NCBI GenBank assembly: GCA_040225955.1
Contig: JBECUL010000010.1
Location: 1 to 53,863 of the forward strand
DNA: 53,863 nt
Source: Candidatus Asgardarchaeum abyssi
Lineage (GTDB): Archaea > Asgardarchaeota > Asgardarchaeia > Asgardarchaeales > Asgardarchaeaceae
Direction: 5' to 3'
Below the pieces are notes generated by a model that did not search any database, was not told the origin of the DNA, and worked only from the letters and a program-made list of their open reading frames with translations. Position 1 is the first letter of the stretch, and each line of letters opens with the position of its first letter. A program made the position numbers and the translations under genes. Of the stretch, positions 47,202 through 53,863 are shown one piece after another.

Positions 47202-47301
47202 ATCTTAGAGTATCCTCCTTTTTAAAGGGCATATGAATATTCATTAACTATATTATATTATAAATTTTTTTTACACTCAAAATTAAAACCCCTCGTATAA
47301 T

Positions 47302-49092
47302 TTAAGGAGATGGCTCTTCTTCTATTTTTCTTAATTGTTGCCGATACATCTCTATTATTTCTTTGGTTGTTGTAGCATCTTCTGGAGATTTATCATCACG
47401 CCATCTGCCAGTGAATCGTGGGAATCTAATTGCTAGCCCAGCATCTTTTTGAATAACACCCCAACCACATGTATGAACTGGACTTAGAGTAATCTCATCT
47501 CCAATTATTTCTATAACTTGCTTAGGTTCAAGCCAAACATCGGGCTCCATCTTGGAATCCACTCTGGGGTGTTTCTTATCAATTTTATATTGATCCAGCC
47601 TTTTAGGTAAAGCATCAAGATCCTCATCAGTAAAACCTGAACCCACTTTACATATAGTTTCAAAAACATCTCGCTCATGATTATAAACGGCTGCTAAAAG
47701 TGCGCCATAAGTTCCACTTCTACGGCCCCGACCATAAAATGCACCAACAATTACCACATCAACGGGCTCTATCATTTTGCTCTGATAAGACTCTTTCAAT
47801 TTTATCCATAGCCAAGATCTAGCTCCTGCCCTATAAATAGAATCAAGTCTGGGAGATTTTATTACTAGCCCTTCACAACCATTATTTAGTGATTCATGAA
47901 AGAACACTGTTAATTCATGAGGATCGTTTGTTAAGATGAAGGGAACCGTGGTAACTTTATCATCACATGTAACGATTTCTCTTAACCTTTTAGCTCTCTC
48001 AATAAATGGTTTTTCTGTTAAATCTTCACCATCAATATAAAGGCAATCAAATAGATAAAGTCGAATGCCTATTTTCTGCATCATTTTTTCGATATCATAT
48101 TTTCTTCTTCTATGCATAAGTTCTTGAAAGGGAAGGATCTCTCCTGTATCGGGGTTTATTGGAACTGCTTCACCTTCCACTACAGCATCTTTTGCTTTTA
48201 CGTGCGTTTTGATGTATTCTACACCATCAGGATACATTGATGTTATATTTTCCAACCGTCTACTGAAAATTTGTACATTATCACCTTGTTTATGACATTG
48301 GAACCTTTCTCCATCTAATTTATACTCGCCCCAACTTAATCCGCCTAGTTTTTCAATTATTTCTTCGCTACTTGAAAGTCTTTGAGCTAACATCATTCTT
48401 ATCGGTCGGCCAAGGGATATAGTTAGATTTTTTACAGCCTGGATGCCTTGCATCTTTAGTACTTTAGCTACATATCCTAAGTCACTGGTTATATTATAGG
48501 CTCTTTCTAAAATAGGTCTAAGATGCGCCCCACCAAAGGCTATAGCTAATGCATCCAACATTGTCATGTCCGCAATACCAAGTCTCATCTTGCCAGTAAC
48601 TATTCTTATAAGATATTTAGCCTCTATTGGAGTTGCTTTTGAAAGTAAACCATATAAAATCCTAATACGTCGACTTATTGTCCCTTCACCAGAAGCTTCA
48701 GCTATTTTAACTAATGAATTATAAACCTCACCAACCGAAAGAGCTTCCTCTTCACCAGTAAAAAACATATCTAGTGTAGTGCTCGGCTTTTTAGAAATCA
48801 ATTCTTCAGCTACCAACCCTAAATCGCCTTTCATCTTATAAGAACTTTCAATTTTCTCCTCAGGCAAACTGGTAACCATTGACAACGCTCGAATCGCTAA
48901 TTTGTCAGCAATTCCTAGTTCCGGGCGACCTGTCCAATCCGGATAAAGTTTACCTTGGGTAAGATAAATGACCTTATCGATATCTTCTGCGGGAGTCTCT
49001 TGAAAGAGAGCAACCAGAAAGTTAGTCATATCTTTACGTTTTGTTGTGGCTTCAATCTTAGAATAAAACTCACAAACCCTTTTAAATTTCAT
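47302..49092 (-). CDS. lig: ATP-dependent DNA ligase
   Basis: EYKLDGER adenylation motif, EGLVIK, WIKLK, RFPRF, PIP-like TLDMFF. Confidence 0.97.
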   Translation of the reverse strand: MKFKRVCEFYSKIEATTKRKDMTNFLVALFQETPAEDIDKVIYLTQGKLYPDWTGRPELGIADKLAIRALSMVTSLPEEKIESSYKMKGDLGLVAEELISKKPSTTLDMFFTGEEEALSVGEVYNSLVKIAEASGEGTISRRIRILYGLLSKATPIEAKYLIRIVTGKMRLGIADMTMLDALAIAFGGAHLRPILERAYNITSDLGYVAKVLKMQGIQAVKNLTISLGRPIRMMLAQRLSSSEEIIEKLGGLSWGEYKLDGERFQCHKQGDNVQIFSRRLENITSMYPDGVEYIKTHVKAKDAVVEGEAVPINPDTGEILPFQELMHRRRKYDIEKMMQKIGIRLYLFDCLYIDGEDLTEKPFIERAKRLREIVTCDDKVTTVPFILTNDPHELTVFFHESLNNGCEGLVIKSPRLDSIYRAGARSWLWIKLKESYQSKMIEPVDVVIVGAFYGRGRRSGTYGALLAAVYNHERDVFETICKVGSGFTDEDLDALPKRLDQYKIDKKHPRVDSKMEPDVWLEPKQVIEIIGDEITLSPVHTCGWGVIQKDAGLAIRFPRFTGRWRDDKSPEDATTTKEIIEMYRQQLRKIEEEPSP

Positions 49093-49598
49093 TTAGAACC
49101 CTCCCCTAAGAGTAAATATATCCAATCCGTCTCCATAGTTTTCCTATATTCCTCACTGAGATCTTTCACATCATCAGCAGAAATTTTAGAAAGCAATATC
49201 GAAGAAATTACTTCAACTATTTCATTTAGATCCTCCAATTTTGTATGCGTTACAATTTTATTATCTCGATAAGTGAATACACCCTCTACACTTAACACAT
49301 CTGTTTGAGGATCGCTATCATACCATCTAATGTATGCTTTTTTATTATTCTTCGTCATGGTTACAAAAATAGCACCCTTCCCAGCATTCTTTAAGAACGC
49401 AATCGCTTCTTCAATATCATTAAAATGTTTTGTTTCCTGTGGAGTATCCACCCAAATGCCCTCATCTTGTAAACTCCAACCTCTGTTTAAAATTTCTTTT
49501 ATGGACTCCTTAAAGAAGCGAAGTGTTAAGTCATTTTTTCTAATTGCTTTGTCAACATAGTAGTTATTGAATGTTCCTTTCTTAAAGGTAGCAATCAT
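49089..49598 (-). CDS. hypothetical protein translationally coupled to DNA ligase
   Basis: ATGA overlap with the lig start. GGTGAT SD before ATG 49598. Confidence 0.6.
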   Translation of the reverse strand: MIATFKKGTFNNYYVDKAIRKNDLTLRFFKESIKEILNRGWSLQDEGIWVDTPQETKHFNDIEEAIAFLKNAGKGAIFVTMTKNNKKAYIRWYDSDPQTDVLSVEGVFTYRDNKIVTHTKLEDLNEIVEVISSILLSKISADDVKDLSEEYRKTMETDWIYLLLGEGSK

Positions 49599-49728
49599 AA
49601 GTATCACCAAGTATTAATTCTCATTTACTACCTAACTATTTATTGATTTATATCTTTTTACCATCTTGAATGAAAAAGCAAAATGTTTATTACATTTTTA
49701 CTCCTCGTTGTTTAATTGGTGAATTTAA

Positions 49729-51237
49729 ATGCCACTAGAGCTTGAAGTAAAAATACTTGATTTCTGTAGCACAAACAGCATTGTAATTATGAATAACAAT
49801 GATGCAAATAGCCTGGGAGTGCATCTATATGATAGAGTCAAGCTGACGCACAAGAACAATAATTTGACTTGTATATTGGAGATTACTCAAACATTCATTC
49901 CTGCGGGAAAAATTGGTGTTTTTAAAAATGTAGCAGAAAAATTGGATTTAAAAAGCGGAGACAAAGTTGAGATTGATTATGTTGTTAAACCTATTTCTAC
50001 TGATTATATCAAGAAAAAAATGGAGGGAGATAAACTCTCCCGCGATGAAATCTTTGAGATAATAAGAGATATGGTTAATGGCTCTCTAACAGAACTGGAA
50101 ATACTAGCGTTTGTAATGGCTCAAAATTTTGTAGGAGTGAGTATGGATGAGATTGCCTATCTCACAGAAGCTATGGCAAAAACTGGTGAAATTATAGATT
50201 TTGGAGAACCAGTTTTCGATAAACATAGTATCGGGGGAGTCCCAGGAAATAAGGTTACATTATTAATAGTTCCAATAGTTGCAGCAGCAAATTTATTAAT
50301 TCCAAAAACAAGCAGCCGATCTATTACAAGCCCATCTGGAACTGCTGATACAATGGAAGTATTAGCACCTGTCGAGTTTTCCGCTGAAGAGCTAAAGAAA
50401 ATTGCTAAGAAAACAAGAGGCACTATTGTATGGGGTGGTTCATTAAATCTTGCACCAGCGGATGATATAATTATCAATGTTAAACGTCCTTTATCAATAG
50501 ATCCACAAAAACAAATGATGGCATCAATAGTAGCAAAGAAGTTAGCTGTTGGAGCTAAGTTTTTAGTAATAGATATTCCCATGGGGCATGGAGTAAAAGT
50601 ACAAACATTAGAAAAAGCTAATGCGTTGGCTAAGGACTTCATAGAACTCGGGTCAAGAGTTGGTATAGAAATAGAAGCAGCAATAACATATGGTTCTCAG
50701 CCAGTAGGTCACACTGTCGGGCCAGCACTCGAAGCAAAAGAAGCATTGGAAGCCTTAATGGGAAAAGGACCTACATCCTTGATTGAAAAAAGCACGGGAT
50801 TGGCAGGAATATTATTAGAGATGGGAGGTATAGCAATTCGAGGTAAAGGTAAGAAGATAGCTAAAGAAATACTAACGAGCGGAAAAGCTCTTAAGAAAAT
50901 GAGAGAAATCATAGAAGAACAAGGAGGAGATCCTAATATTAAGCCAGATGACATACCAATCGGCGATAAAAGTATTACGATAAAGTCTCCAGCAGATGGG
51001 TACATAACATTTGTGGATAACATTGCTATTAGCCAGATAGCAAAAGCAGCCGGAGCTCCTTCTATGAAAGGAGCAGGGATAGTTCTTCATGGGAAAATAG
51101 GATATAAAGTTAAAGAAGGAGACCCTCTCCTAACAATATATTCGGAAAGTGAAACAAAATTAAGTAAAGCATACTCTCTCGTACTAACTCTAAAACCAAT
51201 AACAGTTGAGGGTATGATTCTACATAGAGTAAAATAA
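49729..51237 (+). CDS. AMP phosphorylase (thymidine phosphorylase family)
   Basis: N-terminal double-psi-barrel-like domain, DKHSIGGVPGNK, KTSSRSITSPSGTAD, APADD, GPALEA. Confidence 0.93.
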   Translation: MPLELEVKILDFCSTNSIVIMNNNDANSLGVHLYDRVKLTHKNNNLTCILEITQTFIPAGKIGVFKNVAEKLDLKSGDKVEIDYVVKPISTDYIKKKMEGDKLSRDEIFEIIRDMVNGSLTELEILAFVMAQNFVGVSMDEIAYLTEAMAKTGEIIDFGEPVFDKHSIGGVPGNKVTLLIVPIVAAANLLIPKTSSRSITSPSGTADTMEVLAPVEFSAEELKKIAKKTRGTIVWGGSLNLAPADDIIINVKRPLSIDPQKQMMASIVAKKLAVGAKFLVIDIPMGHGVKVQTLEKANALAKDFIELGSRVGIEIEAAITYGSQPVGHTVGPALEAKEALEALMGKGPTSLIEKSTGLAGILLEMGGIAIRGKGKKIAKEILTSGKALKKMREIIEEQGGDPNIKPDDIPIGDKSITIKSPADGYITFVDNIAISQIAKAAGAPSMKGAGIVLHGKIGYKVKEGDPLLTIYSESETKLSKAYSLVLTLKPITVEGMILHRVK

Positions 51238-51239
51238 AG

Positions 51240-51428
51240 TTATCTAGCTTTCACAGCTTTAACTACTGGGGGTCGACGTTTTATGAAGATTTTACTACCG
51301 CAATATCGACATACAAAAAACTGAGATGGTGCATCAATATTTAACTGTACTTCACGGCCACACTTATAACAAACATATGTCATTATTCGGCCTTCGTGTT
51401 CAAACCTATCCTCAGAAAAACGACTCAT
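51240..51428 (-). CDS. rpo12: RNA polymerase subunit Rpo12/RpoP
   Basis: YVCYKCGREV...CRYCGSKIFIKRRP..VK.VKAR. Confidence 0.9.
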   Translation of the reverse strand: MSRFSEDRFEHEGRIMTYVCYKCGREVQLNIDAPSQFFVCRYCGSKIFIKRRPPVVKAVKAR

Positions 51429-51553
51429 TTTTTTCACCAAATAGAATTATTGTTTCTATTTTTCAAAAATAAGTTTTTCATTTAAATCTTTTGTATTACT
51501 TAGAATATACATGACACAAAATAAAGAATTAAAATAAATTAATTGGGTGAGGA

Positions 51554-53188
51554 TTAAAATTCAGGGGATGTCTCGCCTTCCTCTGGTGGCTTTGATGGAG
51601 TTTTTGGTGTTGTTTTCTTGGCAATTATTACGTCGTCTATCCTTAAAATCATGCTTGCTGCTTCAAATGCTGATTTAATTGCTTGAGTCTTTGATCTTAG
51701 TGGTTCAAAGACCTTTAGCTCTTTCATGTCAGTAACTCTTTCATTGAATATGTCCACGCCGGCCCATACTTTGCCTTCTTGATGTGCCTTTCTTAACCCA
51801 GTCAGTATCTCAATGGGATCAAGACCAGCATTCTCTGCCAAAGTTCTTGGAATAACTTCTATTGCATCAGCAAATCCCTTAATAGCAAGCTGCTCCTTTC
51901 CAGTAAATTTCTCTGAATATTCTCTTAAGGCTTTTGCAACTTCGGCTTCTGGAGCGCCTCCGCCGGCAACGATTAATTGATCTTCAATGGCATTTCTAAC
52001 CACACATAGAGCATCATGAAATGCTCTTTCAGCTTCGTCTACTATTCTTTCAGTACCACCACGTAGTAAGACGCTTACCGCTTTTGGATTCTTACAGCCT
52101 TCAACGAATACCATTTTGTCATTACCGATCTTCCGTTCTTCAACCAATTCTGCCTCGCCTAAGTCTTCGGATGTTAATTCATCAATATTGTTGAGTATAC
52201 GTCCGCCAGTAGCTTTTGCCAATTTCTCCATGTCACTCTTCTTAACTCTTCTTACTGCTAGGATTCCCTTCTTAGCTAAGAAATGTTGCGCCCTATCATC
52301 AATTCCTTTCTGACAGAAGAGTACATTAGCACCAGTTGATGCTATTTTTTCTACCATATCTTTCAACATATTTTCTTCTTGCTGTCTAAATGCCATAATT
52401 TGATCAGGGGATGTTATTCTGATCTCAGCATTAAATTCTGTTTTTTCGATCTCTAGAGCTGCATTGATGAGTGCTATTTTCGCGTTTTTCACACTTTTTG
52501 GCATGTCTGAGTGAACTACCTCTTTGTCGATAATTACACCTCTAATGAATTTAGAATCTTCGATAGACTCTCCTGCTTTTTTAACCACTTGTACTAAATC
52601 TATGTTGACTCTAAATTTACCATCTTTTTCTTCAAGTATTTGTAAAGCTGCGTCGACTGCAATTTTGGCGAGCTTGTCTCTTTCTGCACCTACTATTTTA
52701 CTTGTCATGGAAGTTTTTGCTATCTCTTCAAGAATAGCTCTATCTTTGGGGTCTATCTTAATGGCTATGTTTTTCAAAATTTCTAATGATTTTTCTGCTG
52801 CGAGTTTATATCCATGAATGACAACTGTAGGATGTATTTTCTTTTCTAAAAGTTCCTCGGCCCTCTTAAGCAGCTCACCTGCAATAATTACAGCCGTTGT
52901 TGTACCATCACCAACTTCCTTGTCCTGAGCCTTAGCAACTTGTACCATCATCTTTGCTGCAGGGTGTTGAACCTCCATCTCATCTAAGATTGTCCGTCCA
53001 TCATTTGTTACAACTATGTCACCTATTGTATCGACTAGCATTTTATCCATACCGCGTGGACCTAAAGCTGTTCTCACAGCCTCAGCAATCGCTCTAGCAG
53101 CCATTATATTTTGTTTTCTTGCATCCTCACCGTGGGAACGTTTTGTTCCCTCTTTTAAAATAAGAACTGGTGCTTCAACCAGTGCCAT
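51554..53188 (-). CDS. ths: thermosome (group II chaperonin) subunit
   Basis: [35 protein letters not shown]. Confidence 0.97.
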   Translation of the reverse strand: MALVEAPVLILKEGTKRSHGEDARKQNIMAARAIAEAVRTALGPRGMDKMLVDTIGDIVVTNDGRTILDEMEVQHPAAKMMVQVAKAQDKEVGDGTTTAVIIAGELLKRAEELLEKKIHPTVVIHGYKLAAEKSLEILKNIAIKIDPKDRAILEEIAKTSMTSKIVGAERDKLAKIAVDAALQILEEKDGKFRVNIDLVQVVKKAGESIEDSKFIRGVIIDKEVVHSDMPKSVKNAKIALINAALEIEKTEFNAEIRITSPDQIMAFRQQEENMLKDMVEKIASTGANVLFCQKGIDDRAQHFLAKKGILAVRRVKKSDMEKLAKATGGRILNNIDELTSEDLGEAELVEERKIGNDKMVFVEGCKNPKAVSVLLRGGTERIVDEAERAFHDALCVVRNAIEDQLIVAGGGAPEAEVAKALREYSEKFTGKEQLAIKGFADAIEVIPRTLAENAGLDPIEILTGLRKAHQEGKVWAGVDIFNERVTDMKELKVFEPLRSKTQAIKSAFEAASMILRIDDVIIAKKTTPKTPSKPPEEGETSPEF

Positions 53189-53261
53189 AGTGACACCCCA
53201 TTATATTATTCGGAAGTAATGTACTAACACTTCTATATAAATTTTTTGGAATTTTTTGTGG

Positions 53262-53360
53262 GGTAACATTCGAAAATGGGTGATTTATAAATGATTTACC
53301 ATGAGCCTTCAACTCCTAAGTGCTAAAACAGTGTTATATCACCTATTCTCAAATGTTACC
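53262..53360. mobile_element. 99-bp MITE with 26-bp imperfect TIRs and 8-bp target-site duplication
   Basis: Left TIR GGTAACATTCGAAAATGGGTGATTTA versus reverse complement of right TIR GGTAACATTTGAGAATAGGTGATATA (22/26). Flanked by TTTTGTGG at 53254-53261 and 53361-53368. Confidence 0.8.
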
Positions 53361-53447
53361 TTTTGTGGCTTCATAAAGCGCGTGTTGATTTATAAGTTTG
53401 CTTCCAATAGGCGTTAAATATTTTAATCCCTGCTTAAGAAATATTTA

Positions 53448-53507
53448 TGGCGATGACGAGGGCCTTCCTAACCGAATGAATGAGGAATGGAGGACCTATC
53501 TGAGCTA
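53448..53507 (+). ncRNA. C/D box sRNA (2'-O-methylation guide)
   Basis: C box ATGACGA (53453-59), 12-nt guide, D' CCGA (53472-75), C' ATGAGGA (53480-86), 13-nt guide, D CTGA (53500-03). Terminal UGGC/GCUA stem, T-rich terminator downstream. Confidence 0.78.
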
Positions 53508-53527
53508 AAAACTCTTCTTTTAGTTAA

Positions 53528-53863
53528 TTGACCTCCTTCCCGCACTAAAGTGCGGGGAATCCTAAGATTCCCCGGCGGGGAGGTTCGACCATCCTCCACC
53601 GGGAAAAATCCCAGTAGAGTGGCCTGGGCCGGGCCATCGGCCCGTTAGGGCTATCCCGCAGAAACGCGGGATTCACCCGTATTGGTGCTCTCTTATGTGC
53701 GATATTAAAGGCGGCCACACAATCCGCATGAGCCACGAAACCACAATTCTTACAAACAAACAGCCCCCTGTACGGCCTATTCTCGCGACTATTATACTCA
53801 CACACCGGGCAAGTCTTTGATGTGTGCTCCTCCCCCACAACCACAACTTTTATGCCGTATTCA
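53528..53863 (-). mobile_element. IS200/IS605-family element, right end (partial)
   Basis: Abrupt GC increase. On the minus strand, CCCGCAC-TTTA-GTGCGGG hairpin followed by AAGGAGGTCAA, the typical IS605 right-end layout. Confidence 0.8.
53545..53862 (-). CDS. tnpB: TnpB RNA-guided endonuclease, C-terminal part (5'-truncated by the window edge)
   Basis: Frame is open to the window end: EYGIKVVVVGEEHTSKTCPVC...FVCKNCG...HADCVAAFNIA (Zn finger + RuvC III). Confidence 0.9.
   Translation of the reverse strand, partial: EYGIKVVVVGEEHTSKTCPVCEYNSRENRPYRGLFVCKNCGFVAHADCVAAFNIAHKRAPIRVNPAFLRDSPNGPMARPRPLYWDFSRWRMVEPPRRGILGFPAL

Noticed and set aside
1167-53219. Numerous 60-160-aa ORFs antisense to or overlapping well-supported genes (e.g. 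1167-1433, 7350-7760, 22351-22674, 50157-50642, 52524-52817)
   Set aside because: They are shadow ORFs of real genes, with Ser/Ile/Phe-rich antisense composition, no SD and no family motifs.

Overview
AT-rich archaeal chromosomal window. It is most likely from an Asgard archaeon, probably a thermophile, as inferred from two ESCRT-III genes, Vps4, Vps25, a steadiness-box protein, Yip1, roadblock/DENN-like/small-GTPase genes, a two-domain eukaryote-like RPB5, rpS26e and very GC-rich tRNA stems. It holds about 45 protein genes, mixing housekeeping functions (TrmI, RsmB/NOP2, GltX, DNA ligase, Rpo5, Rpo12, thermosome, AMP phosphorylase, IorAB, DGGGP synthase) with membrane-trafficking-like modules. 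There are five tRNAs: Arg-TCG with an 18-nt intron, Arg-TCT, initiator Met, Cys-GCA with a 12-nt intron, and Val-TAC. The last 600 bp contain a 99-bp MITE with an 8-bp target-site duplication upstream of the thermosome promoter, a C/D box sRNA, and the 3' end and right end of an IS200/IS605 TnpB element. The best candidates for undescribed biology are: (1) a protein with a FYVE/RING-like Zn finger, coiled coil, PH/GLUE-like domain and ESCRT-I steadiness box, lying next to an ESCRT-III gene within a dispersed ESCRT neighbourhood; (2) a tightly coupled double-roadblock / DENN-like / MglA-type GTPase operon; (3) a MoxR/vWA surface operon whose transglutaminase-like protein has Ser in place of the catalytic Cys. 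All protein family calls come from motif recognition by eye; no searches were run.
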